64,000 nt of DNA from Flavobacteriales bacterium (GCA_947442505.1 CANEVR010000001.1:30305-94304), one strand, 5' to 3'. Shown: positions 34,210 to 42,832, counted from the first letter of the stretch. Notes: generated from the letters alone by a model not told the origin. Numbers and translations are program-made.

Positions 34210-34217
34210 TATATTTG
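34210..34217 (+). promoter_or_regulatory. candidate Bacteroidota -7 promoter box (TAtaTTTG) for the EF-hand gene
   Basis: Exact TAnnTTTG match ending 25 nt upstream of ATG 34242. Motif match only. Confidence 0.35.
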
Positions 34218-34241
34218 TTGGAATATATAATACACGCAATC

Positions 34242-35591
34242 ATGGGAAATTTCAAACTTTGGGATGACATAGATTCTGAAGATTTCGAATTATATGAACA
34301 AAAGAAATCAATTATAGCTGATGTTTTAATAAATTTATACCAACAAGAAAAAAATAAACCCAATGTTATTGACGATGTTGAGGTATATCGTTTACAAAAC
34401 AAAACTTCTTTCTTCGGCTCTTCAATTTGGGAGGGAGTAATTCCGATATCCTCAAATGTTATTTTTGGATTGAGGTCAGGCGTGGTTTTTAAGGATGATT
34501 CAATTGTTTTTCTAACCGGTAAAGAGTTCCATAAATATTTTGATATTTCATATTTTAGTGATTTGGATCGGTTAAAAGTAAAAGGGAATCATATCCTTGG
34601 ATATCCCGAAGATATCTATAAAATAACCTGCAGTTCAGAGGACATAGCTTTTATTTTAGAATTCCAAAAACGACTTCGGAAAGCAAAGGAGAAGTTTAAT
34701 TTTAGTACCAGTGAAAGTATTAATAAAGAACACTCTCAATCTGAAATGCAAAAAGATAGGCTTAAGGAATTAAAGGACCAAGAAATGTCGAAATTGGATG
34801 AGAATGGGGATGGAGAAATTGACCTAATGGAATATTTAGATTTTTCAAAAACGCTTCAGAAAAATCAGTCAATAATTGCAGGTATTGACAATTCTCACAT
34901 TCATAAGTTCATAAAGCTGTCAAATTATTTGAAGGAGAAGCATAATAATATTAAATCACTATACAATTCATTAAGAAGTAATACTAAGGAGATATTAGTA
35001 ACCGAAGAAAATTATCTCGATGATGAAATAATTAGGGGAATAGATGAAGATGAGCTCCAAAGTACTCTAATTCTATTGGATTTGGCTGATTCTGCCGACG
35101 AAGCTGGTCATTTTGAAAAGCCCTTCCTAATTGAATTAAATAATGAGGATTTGCTTTACAGAATTGAGTTGATAAAGAATCTCAACAATTTAGTGTACTC
35201 ATACAACTTAATGATTTTTCACTCTTTCAATATGATTAGTTCCTTAGTAAGTGGTGACCTAATTTCATACTATGAGATTTATGAAATGTTTGACAAGCTA
35301 GGTGTTTATAATTCTAATTGGGAAAATGAAGTGGCTCAGAAACTCAAATCCATTGGTAATAAGTTAGACGAACTATTTTCCTCAATTAATGAAATGGAGG
35401 AAAATTTAGTTAAGGAAATGAAAAGTATGAACTATACAATGCACGAAGGTTTCTCAAAACTTACTTCAACTGTAAATAAACAGTTACAAGAAATTGATTC
35501 AACTATGAAGTGGGGGAACTTGATATCGACTATTCAAACTTATCAATTGTACAAGATTAATAAACAAACGAAACCACAGCTGAAAAAATAA
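34242..35591 (+). CDS. EF-hand-containing coiled-coil protein
   Basis: Canonical EF-hand loop DENGDGEIDLMEY. The C-terminal half is helical or coiled coil. I chose the start at ATG 34242 (MGNFKLWDD) over the TTG at 34215. Confidence 0.65.
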   Translation: MGNFKLWDDIDSEDFELYEQKKSIIADVLINLYQQEKNKPNVIDDVEVYRLQNKTSFFGSSIWEGVIPISSNVIFGLRSGVVFKDDSIVFLTGKEFHKYFDISYFSDLDRLKVKGNHILGYPEDIYKITCSSEDIAFILEFQKRLRKAKEKFNFSTSESINKEHSQSEMQKDRLKELKDQEMSKLDENGDGEIDLMEYLDFSKTLQKNQSIIAGIDNSHIHKFIKLSNYLKEKHNNIKSLYNSLRSNTKEILVTEENYLDDEIIRGIDEDELQSTLILLDLADSADEAGHFEKPFLIELNNEDLLYRIELIKNLNNLVYSYNLMIFHSFNMISSLVSGDLISYYEIYEMFDKLGVYNSNWENEVAQKLKSIGNKLDELFSSINEMEENLVKEMKSMNYTMHEGFSKLTSTVNKQLQEIDSTMKWGNLISTIQTYQLYKINKQTKPQLKK

Positions 35592-35757
35592 TGTTTGACA
35601 GGAATTTATCGAATTTTTTAAGGCTAAATTTTAAAAGACACAATTTTTTCGGAGAGATTTCAATTTGGTATCCCTTTTGTGTTGAAAACCGCTGCTTGAA
35701 TCACCGCACTCTTGTGATGAAAGTTAAAAAAGTGAATGAACTGATTTTTTCGATTCG

Positions 35758-36102
35758 TTAGATAGCATAGTAAACCTTACAAGGTTTATTTCTTTTTCGA
35801 CAATAACGAATTCCGTTCGAAGTACCCTTGCAGAGTCCATCCCAAAAGGCGATGCACAAATCATAATTGTCAATGATCTCTTTGCTCCTCATTACTCCGG
35901 CACTTTTACCATAGGCAGCCCAATTGGGTTCAAAGATCAATGTTGGGATTGAATGAGCAATGGCCCACTCTTCTGCCATTTTGTCTGCCCCTCTGCACCC
36001 TCCAGAAATCAAAAATGTTATTTGAGGCAAATACTCAATAAGAACTTCACTCAACAGTCTTCGATTATCAAAATCTCGACTTTCTATTACAGCAATTTTC
36101 AT
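35758..36102 (-). CDS. SLOG-superfamily protein (DUF2493/YspA-like), 114 aa
   Basis: Motifs ISGGCRGADKMAEEWA, NWAAYGKSAGVMRSKEII and IAFWDGLCKGTSNGI match the DUF2493 pattern (GGARGAD ... W..yGk.AG..RN ... aFWDG.S.GT). Confidence 0.8.
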   Translation of the reverse strand: MKIAVIESRDFDNRRLLSEVLIEYLPQITFLISGGCRGADKMAEEWAIAHSIPTLIFEPNWAAYGKSAGVMRSKEIIDNYDLCIAFWDGLCKGTSNGIRYCRKRNKPCKVYYAI

Positions 36103-36225
36103 ACTATCTAGAATTACAAATTAAACTATAAATGAGCAAGGTCTTTTCAGGCCATAAACCATGAAGATGCTCACTTCTAAATACCCAAGAAAGGATTGAA
36201 AAGACACCGCAGAATTCATGAATCA

Positions 36226-36417
36226 TCACGGAATCAACATCAACAACAACACGTACACTAAAATGATAACAAAATAATAGTAAGTTGAATAGGACAATTG
36301 AATCACATACGACTCCATCTCCATCCAAAAGGTTTTTCCAAATACATCCCACCCCGCATACACAATAAACAAGCGGGCGAAAATGGTCCAAAACATCAAA
36401 GAGAGTAATCCATTCAT
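36226..36417 (-). CDS. small two-TM membrane protein, 63 aa, paralog of the 28324..28512 product
   Basis: See 28324..28512. I preferred this frame over the overlapping ORF 36104..36391 because only this one has a paralog. Confidence 0.5.
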   Translation of the reverse strand: MNGLLSLMFWTIFARLFIVYAGWDVFGKTFWMEMESYVIQLSYSTYYYFVIILVYVLLLMLIP

Positions 36418-36663
36418 TGTTTAGAAATTTTTAGGGTTAATAAAAAGTTACACTTCTATACAACACTACCAAACAATAAAAACGAAACGAAACATTTACA
36501 CAACTATTCTAATACGCAATCATGCATCCCTCTATTGCATTTCTGCTTTAAAATAACTTTTTCCTCTTTTTTCTAAAATATTTTATCTATTGCAACAAAA
36601 CTGCAAACAATTGGTTGTATATTTAAAATTCTCGCCAAGTAACCCCTTAAATAATATATATAT

Positions 36664-36930
36664 ATGATGAAAAAAATGGTGAAGTTAAGTTTTGGGAAGT
36701 GGAAGGTGGTAAAGTTTAGTGGTAGTTATTATGTGAATTTTTTTGTGGAGAAGGATTTGTTTGTGGTGATTGATGGTGAAAAGTATTTTAAGATTAAAAA
36801 AGGGAAGTTGAGAAGTTTGGGGATGAAGTATTTTGAAAAGAAAAAAGAGGAATCCTATGAAGGTGTTGAATCCTCCCCCGAACTCATCCGTCTCATCAAA
36901 CTTCTCGTCGAACTCAATCAGGCCGCTTAA
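36664..36930 (+). CDS. questionable 88-aa ORF; its first ~63 codons lie in a cytosine-free tract
   Basis: An ORF exists, but the composition is bizarre: no C in 36647..36853, so no Pro, His, Gln, Thr or Ala are encoded there. It could equally be non-coding. Confidence 0.3.
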   Translation: MMKKMVKLSFGKWKVVKFSGSYYVNFFVEKDLFVVIDGEKYFKIKKGKLRSLGMKYFEKKKEESYEGVESSPELIRLIKLLVELNQAA

Positions 36931-36963
36931 TCCATCCCCATACCGTTCTGGTATTCCTGATTA

Positions 36964-37075
36964 TTGAGTAAAGAGTATTGAGTATTCAGTAACGAGTAAC
37001 GAGTAACGAGTAACGAGTAACGAGTATCCAGTATCCAGTATCCAGTATCCAGTATCCAGTATCCAGTAATGAGTA
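36964..37075. repeat. 16 tandem heptamers NNNAGTA (ttg, aag, ttg, ttc, acg x5, tcc x6, atg)
   Basis: Counted directly: 16 x 7 = 112 nt with an invariant AGTA core. There are two internally perfect sub-arrays, (ACGAGTA)5 and (TCCAGTA)6. Confidence 0.95.
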
Positions 37076-37105
37076 CTATCTACTCTCTACTGTGAGCTGT
37101 GAACT

Positions 37106-37217
37106 CATTCCTTCATTCCTTCATTCCTTCATTCCTTCATTCCTTCATTCCTTCATTCCTTCATTCCTTCATTCCTTCATTCCTTCATTCCTGCATCCCT
37201 TCATCCCTTCATCCCTT
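37106..37217. repeat. 14 tandem octamers (CATTCCTT x10, CATTCCTG x1, CATCCCTT x3)
   Basis: Counted directly: 14 x 8 = 112 nt, ending 30 nt before the NADAR start codon. The + strand is G-free across 37102..37192. Confidence 0.95.
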
Positions 37218-37246
37218 TAAGTATAACCCCTAAATACACAAACTTT

Positions 37247-37720
37247 ATGGCAAACATCTCTTTTACAAAAGTCAACCTCCCTTACGGTTGGTTGGGAAAC
37301 ATGGCTCCTTCCACCATCACTTGGAACGGAAAAACCTGGAGAACATGTGAAGCAGTTTTTCAAGCAATGAGATTCTCTAACCCAGAAATCCAAGAAATCA
37401 TTCGGTTGGAAAAAAGTCCCATGTCTTGTAAGATGAAATCAAAAAAGTACAAATCTGAAATGACAGTGGAACCCATGTCCAAACAGGATGTTCAAAACAT
37501 GAAAACCTGTCTCCTTCTCAAATTCACTCAAAACCCGGTTCTACTTCAAAAACTTCTTTTAACCAAAAATCATGTTCTAATTGAAGACATTGGATCAAGG
37601 AAAGGTGAACGTCACCTCTTTTGGGGAATGAGAAACAAAGGAGGTCTGTGGGAAGGAAAGAACATTTTGGGAAAACTTTTGATGGAAGTACGTGAGGAAC
37701 TAAAACATAACGTCTCATAA
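37247..37720 (+). CDS. NADAR (DUF1768/YbiA-like) domain protein
   Basis: Aligns by eye along its whole length with E. coli YbiA: GWLGNMAPSTITWNGKTWRTCEAVFQAMRF vs GDFSNFAAWPIKVDGKTWPTSEHYFQAQKF; SPMSCKM vs SPMVAARM; WEGKNILGKLLMEVREEL vs GKGKNRLGYLLMELREQL. Confidence 0.85.
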   Translation: MANISFTKVNLPYGWLGNMAPSTITWNGKTWRTCEAVFQAMRFSNPEIQEIIRLEKSPMSCKMKSKKYKSEMTVEPMSKQDVQNMKTCLLLKFTQNPVLLQKLLLTKNHVLIEDIGSRKGERHLFWGMRNKGGLWEGKNILGKLLMEVREELKHNVS

Positions 37721-37802
37721 CCCTTGAAGGTCAAAAAGACCTTCCCAACATCTATTTATCTTTTTAAAAAAAATTACCCATCATTTAATAAAAACAAACA
37801 CC

Positions 37803-38924
37803 ATGAAAATCTTTGAAAACTTGTCCGAAGCAAAATCCTTCATCGCGTCATTCATTCATGATCAAAAATGGACCACACAAATCAATAACTACAGTTATCG
37901 TCAATACTACAGAACTCGTATTTATCCCGAAAAACCCTTATTGAACTATTTCAACAAAGTCAGTATCACTCCATCTTCATATACCTTCTCCCGAATTTTT
38001 GATCGTGTCCCTAGGGAAAACCACAATTCCATTATTACTGCCTTTCACGATGGAGACATCGAATATGAGAAAATGGACCTGATCACTGAAGACATCTACT
38101 ATGAAATCACTCAACCACAACCCACCAGTGCCTCTCAATGGTTCACCATCTTCGAATCCTTTTTCTCCTCTTCCTACCTATCAAATAACAACATCCACCC
38201 AAACACCCTCGACCAACTTCTCAATCAAGAAAAAGAAGAAAAAGTCATGAGATGGGAAGAAATCCGACACGACCTCCGAATCATTCTTTCGTTCTCCCTG
38301 TATGATCATGAAGTTCAAATATCATTCTGTGACATGGACAAAAGAAATGACCAATTTGTCCGAACCAATTGGAATCCCGTCACCGCATACTATGAAGGTA
38401 AATTCTTATATCGTCCCAAGTTCTTTGACCGTTTTTGTAATCGACACGATGTCGCATTCATGGAATGGCAAGGTTATCCTCAACATCCTTTGGCCAACCT
38501 GAACGAACAAGTGTTCAACATCCAGTTCAATGAATACAGTGAAGGTCAATGGGATCGCATCTTTTCAAGAAGTCGTTCCAATCTTAAAAAGGAATTAATC
38601 AATGTACTCTCCCACATTCATTTGACCATTGGAAAAGACATCCTGGGGAATTTTACCAATGACTTGAAAACATTATCCCTTCAAGCCCCTACTCCAGAAG
38701 AACAAAAAGACGCCAAAGTCAAAAAAATGTACGGAGACCGATTGTACTTCTATACACCAGAAAACGACATCTTCATCTACTACGGTCCCATCATCACCAG
38801 AGACTATAATGGAACCCAATTTCTTATTTACACCTTGCGCATTCGTGTTGTTCCATTTGACAACCAAAAGTGGGATGAGCGCCATTGCTACGCTCATCCC
38901 TTGGTTTATGAAATGGACAAATAA
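37803..38924 (+). CDS. hypothetical protein, 373 aa, downstream of the NADAR gene
   Basis: Long ORF 82 nt after the NADAR stop on the same strand. No recognised motif. Confidence 0.65.
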   Translation: MKIFENLSEAKSFIASFIHDQKWTTQINNYSYRQYYRTRIYPEKPLLNYFNKVSITPSSYTFSRIFDRVPRENHNSIITAFHDGDIEYEKMDLITEDIYYEITQPQPTSASQWFTIFESFFSSSYLSNNNIHPNTLDQLLNQEKEEKVMRWEEIRHDLRIILSFSLYDHEVQISFCDMDKRNDQFVRTNWNPVTAYYEGKFLYRPKFFDRFCNRHDVAFMEWQGYPQHPLANLNEQVFNIQFNEYSEGQWDRIFSRSRSNLKKELINVLSHIHLTIGKDILGNFTNDLKTLSLQAPTPEEQKDAKVKKMYGDRLYFYTPENDIFIYYGPIITRDYNGTQFLIYTLRIRVVPFDNQKWDERHCYAHPLVYEMDK

Positions 38925-38931
38925 ATCCAAA

Positions 38932-39900
38932 TTACTTCCCAATCGATTGAGCCAGGCGAGAGGACAAGTCCCGAATGTCCTCCACCCTGGCCAATTGTTT
39001 TAGCCAATGTTGGGGTATCTCATCTTCCCCGTAAGCAATACCGGCCAAACCACCCACCACAGCTCCCGTGGTATCCGAATCTTCGCCCAGATTCACTGCT
39101 TTTAGGACCGCTTCTTCAAATGATTGGGTATGCAACAGACACCAAATGGCCGCTTCCAAGGTATCAATGACGTATCCACTGCTCGAAATCGTTTCTATTC
39201 CTCTCTTCCACAAATCACCTGACAATATCCCGGAGAAGTGAATCAACTCCGATGGATCGAGCAACGACTCGCGCTCAATCAAAGACTGGATAGATCCGTT
39301 GGTCTCAGCATAAGCATCATCCACCCGCATGCCTCTCAACATCCGAACGGCCAACTCAATGAAATAAATGCAAGCAAAGATGGATCGTGGATGGCGATGG
39401 GTGATGGAGGATACTTGCCTCACGATTTCCATTCTGTCCTTTCTGTCCATATCAATGGTAAAGAAGGCCAACGGTAAAATGCGCATCAATGACCCATTGC
39501 CATTGCTCATCTCATCTGCCCCTCCTGCCAACGCTGGAGAAACGCCGGCCTCGATATTCTGCAATGCTTTTCTTGTTGCTATCCCAATGTCAAAGACATC
39601 GCCATCTGCGGACCAATACGCTCTGCGGTACCATTGAACAAAACGATTCGAGATATCGTTCAAATCAAAACCACTGATCAACGACTCTGCCAAGCAAAAG
39701 GTCAAGGACGAATCATCCGACCATGTTCCTGGAGGCAAATCATAGGTTCCATACCCCGTCATGTCGCGGACAGGTGACTCCAAAAGGGAGGATCTTGAAC
39801 GAAATTCAAAGGGAACGCCCAAAGCATCTCCAATGGCCACCCCCAAAAGGGCAGATTGCACTTGGTGATTCCAATCACCAGCTGTTTTGTTATTTATCAT
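38932..39900 (-). CDS. ADP-ribosylglycohydrolase (ARH/DraG family)
   Basis: N-terminal LGVAIGDALGVPFEF and C-terminal GEDSDTTGAVVGGLAGIAYG..IP..W are the family's metal-site signatures. Confidence 0.9.
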   Translation of the reverse strand: MINNKTAGDWNHQVQSALLGVAIGDALGVPFEFRSRSSLLESPVRDMTGYGTYDLPPGTWSDDSSLTFCLAESLISGFDLNDISNRFVQWYRRAYWSADGDVFDIGIATRKALQNIEAGVSPALAGGADEMSNGNGSLMRILPLAFFTIDMDRKDRMEIVRQVSSITHRHPRSIFACIYFIELAVRMLRGMRVDDAYAETNGSIQSLIERESLLDPSELIHFSGILSGDLWKRGIETISSSGYVIDTLEAAIWCLLHTQSFEEAVLKAVNLGEDSDTTGAVVGGLAGIAYGEDEIPQHWLKQLARVEDIRDLSSRLAQSIGK

Positions 39901-39928
39901 TGTTAATCATTTACTTATCATTCATTCA

Positions 39929-41596
39929 TCAAAACCCAATCCCCCTCCTACTCACCGTTGTACTATAACTCAACTCTTGTTGACACAATTGACTGAGGCA
40001 ATCCATGCGGTTGATGCGGGGATGAGTGATGGTTTCAAGGACAAACTTCCTGCGGATGTTCATCAATTGACCGCCAGTCAAAGAAAACTGCTGCGCCAAA
40101 GTCTTGACCTCAGGTCGTTTCATGTCGGTCTTAAAGGCACTCCACATCATTCTTTCCTGCGTCGCGGTATCGGGATGACCGATTTCTACCTTCCACAAAA
40201 AGCGTCGCTCAAATGCTTGATCCATGTTTTTGTTCAAATTGGTAGTGGCAACCAAAATACCCTTGAAATTCTCCATCTCTTGCAGGAAAATATTCTGCAT
40301 GGCATTCATCGCCATATCCACGGACCGCTCAACATCCAGTCGCTTTGATATCAAGGCATCGGCTTCATTGAAAAGCAATATGGGCATCCGCTCTTGACCT
40401 TCAGCCCATTTGTAATACTCGTCAAAAATCTTTTTGGCATTGCGCTCTGTATCCCCCAAGTACTTCCCTCGGATTTGACTGATGTCCACCATGAAAACAG
40501 ATCGTTTATTCTTCCGCGCCCATTGCATCACACTGGCTGTTTTGCCTGTACCAGGCTGACCATACAATAAAATGGTAACTCCCTTACCCAATTTTCTTTT
40601 GCTCAATGCTTGAGTCACGCGCTGATACGAAGATTGGCTGAGCAACTTACCCAAGGAATTCAACTGCTGTTCTTCTGCGGCATTAAAAAACAAGATCTCG
40701 TCTGTAATCGTATCCCAACTCAACTTCCTTCCCACAGAACTGCGTCCCTCTCCTTCTTGAGCTGCAGGCGGTGTCTCCCATACGATTTCCGGATAAAAAA
40801 CCCTCATCGCCAAAGGTGTTGCCTTGTACTCTTCGTCAATAAATGGATCAATGCTTGTCCCCAATTTCACCAACGATTGACTAATCAAAACAGCCTCGTC
40901 TTTGTTCAATCGTTGTTTCCAAATACAACGATCCGAATCGGTATCCGACAATGTATCACAAATGGCCTCTAACGGAAGACCGGACTGCGTGCGCATCTGC
41001 TGGTCGACCAAAACCATCAACGCCACAGCATTGCCAATTTCCAACTTCCAATCGTCTTTTATTTTACGCACAAATCCCACCTTGGGATGGGCCTGCATCC
41101 AATCCTCCACATTTTGCTCGACTTTGCGTGCAGTAAGGACCTTGTTCTTGGCCGCCTGCATCCAGGTATTGAACTTCAAGAAGAATTGATGGGTTTCATT
41201 CTTTCCATCGGTCTCCACTTCTTGATTGAACAACCGTTGTAAAAAAGCCGAAGATGCAGCAACGCTATCAAACTGCACCCCATTTTTCCTTTTGGAGGTG
41301 ATGAATCCATCTTGCGTCCACTGATACCACAATGGGTGAATCCATTCCCAATCCCTTATACCCCATTGATAAGTATCCAAAACTCCCATGGAGGACTCCT
41401 CACCCGATCGCAATGTTTTCAAAACAATGCCGGCCAAAAGCAAGGCCTCACGGTCACTGGATAATCCCAATTCACTTTTGAACGATTCAAATTCAGGATG
41501 ATCGTCAAACGACTCATTTAAGAATTTGGTCATCAATTCAAGTCCTGGATATAAGTCCATTTTTTCAAATAAAGGAAGGAAGTTTGTTTTGGGCAT
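39929..41596 (-). CDS. AAA+ ATPase (classical AAA clade) with an unrecognised ~330-aa N-terminal region
   Basis: Walker A LLYGQPGTGKT, Walker B ILLFNEADAL, sensor-1 region VATTNL and the second region of homology DQAFERRF. It ends 28 nt upstream of the ARH gene on the same strand. Confidence 0.85.
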   Translation of the reverse strand: MPKTNFLPLFEKMDLYPGLELMTKFLNESFDDHPEFESFKSELGLSSDREALLLAGIVLKTLRSGEESSMGVLDTYQWGIRDWEWIHPLWYQWTQDGFITSKRKNGVQFDSVAASSAFLQRLFNQEVETDGKNETHQFFLKFNTWMQAAKNKVLTARKVEQNVEDWMQAHPKVGFVRKIKDDWKLEIGNAVALMVLVDQQMRTQSGLPLEAICDTLSDTDSDRCIWKQRLNKDEAVLISQSLVKLGTSIDPFIDEEYKATPLAMRVFYPEIVWETPPAAQEGEGRSSVGRKLSWDTITDEILFFNAAEEQQLNSLGKLLSQSSYQRVTQALSKRKLGKGVTILLYGQPGTGKTASVMQWARKNKRSVFMVDISQIRGKYLGDTERNAKKIFDEYYKWAEGQERMPILLFNEADALISKRLDVERSVDMAMNAMQNIFLQEMENFKGILVATTNLNKNMDQAFERRFLWKVEIGHPDTATQERMMWSAFKTDMKRPEVKTLAQQFSLTGGQLMNIRRKFVLETITHPRINRMDCLSQLCQQELSYSTTVSRRGIGF

Positions 41597-41905
41597 ATGG
41601 GTTATTGTTTGTGATAAATAAAATTCAACACTTTGCGATATTGTTGCAATTTTTAAATATTGTTCAAAACGTTATGATATTTTCTGAATCGACACCATCA
41701 GCTTGACTTAATCATGCTGGCAGGAAAAATCACTTCCTTGCCAACCGACACATCTTTATCTGTGTGATATTCAGAAACAATCTGACAAACGAAAACTTCT
41801 GCGATTTATTGGGAAAGAAAAAAAATAATCCAAATCCCAGAAATGATCACAGATTGCAACAATATCGCAAATCTGTTTCGCAACTTTGCATTCAAATCTT
41901 AATCT

Positions 41906-42151
41906 ATGGCTTTTATCTCTCTCCTCTTTGTTGTTGTTTTTATCATTGTCACGATGGCCTGGGGCGTTTCGCTTTGGATGCGAATTGATGAGAATTTTCC
42001 CTTTCAAGATTTCCCCCTGCGACATGTGTTACTAAAAATTTTCATGATTTGCATTTTCTTTCCAGCCTTGATTTTATTGGCTTTGGTCTTGATTTCATCC
42101 TTGGCTGATAAAAAAACACTTGACAAAAATTTCGATTTATATTATATTTAA
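41906..42151 (+). CDS. possible small membrane protein, 81 aa
   Basis: Two clear hydrophobic helices. No other support. Confidence 0.3.
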   Translation: MAFISLLFVVVFIIVTMAWGVSLWMRIDENFPFQDFPLRHVLLKIFMICIFFPALILLALVLISSLADKKTLDKNFDLYYI

Positions 42152-42529
42152 ATCCATGACGAACTATCCAACAACTTTGGTCTTCTAATTCCCGCTCTCT
42201 TCTTCATCCCTCTCTGTTCCATTCATTGGAGCCTGGGATTTCCATGTTTTTAAAATTCTTAAACCCCAATACATGCAAAATGAAAAACCTGTTTTTTACT
42301 TATTACTCTCTCAACGTCCGACCACTGATACTGTTCCTAATGTTCGGAAAGTCATCAAACTTAATGGCCTTGCCACTACCCCGCTATTATGGGAGGAAGC
42401 CCTTTTGGATGAATCTGAAACTGTACCAGGATTGCCAAGGGTAAAGGTTAGAAACCTATTCGTGTGTTTATGTCTTAATTAAATCAATCTATTCTTTATT
42501 CAATTATTGTTCAACTTAAAAACATCAAC

Positions 42530-42832
42530 ATGAAAAAAACAAGAATCAACTTTTTCTCCATGCAAGTACCTCCGGTGAATGCCGTATTCAAAAAACAATT
42601 CGATGAAATGATGCAGCAAATTCCGGATGGACCTGGATGCTGCGTGGTCATTGGATACTGCGGAACGGAATCTAAAATCATTGATTTGATCAAAACATCT
42701 GATCGCCTGCGCAAAGCCATCAAGGGAGGAACTAAACTTTGGGGAGAGACGAAAATCAGTCGCTACCGATGGATTCAAGAACAAGTGAAACAAAATCAAT
42801 ACGACAGCATTAAAATTCAAATCATCGACTAA
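42530..42832 (+). CDS. hypothetical protein, 100 aa
   Basis: The ORF ends 5 nt before the next same-strand gene. No motif recognised. Confidence 0.5.
   Translation: MKKTRINFFSMQVPPVNAVFKKQFDEMMQQIPDGPGCCVVIGYCGTESKIIDLIKTSDRLRKAIKGGTKLWGETKISRYRWIQEQVKQNQYDSIKIQIID

Noticed and set aside
36104-36391. 95-aa minus-strand ORF overlapping the 63-aa small membrane ORF
   Set aside because: Only the 36226..36417 frame has a paralog (28324..28512). The 95-aa frame has no counterpart at the other repeat copy.
36964-37217. Possible CRISPR array, because of the short direct repeats here and at 47287..47410
   Set aside because: The units are contiguous 7-, 8- and 16-nt tandem repeats with no unique spacers. 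No cas genes are present in the window.
42226-42482. Two overlapping small + strand ORFs (72 and 69 aa)
   Set aside because: They are mutually exclusive frames with no motifs, no coupling to neighbours and AT-rich low-complexity sequence. They are most likely chance ORFs in an intergenic region.
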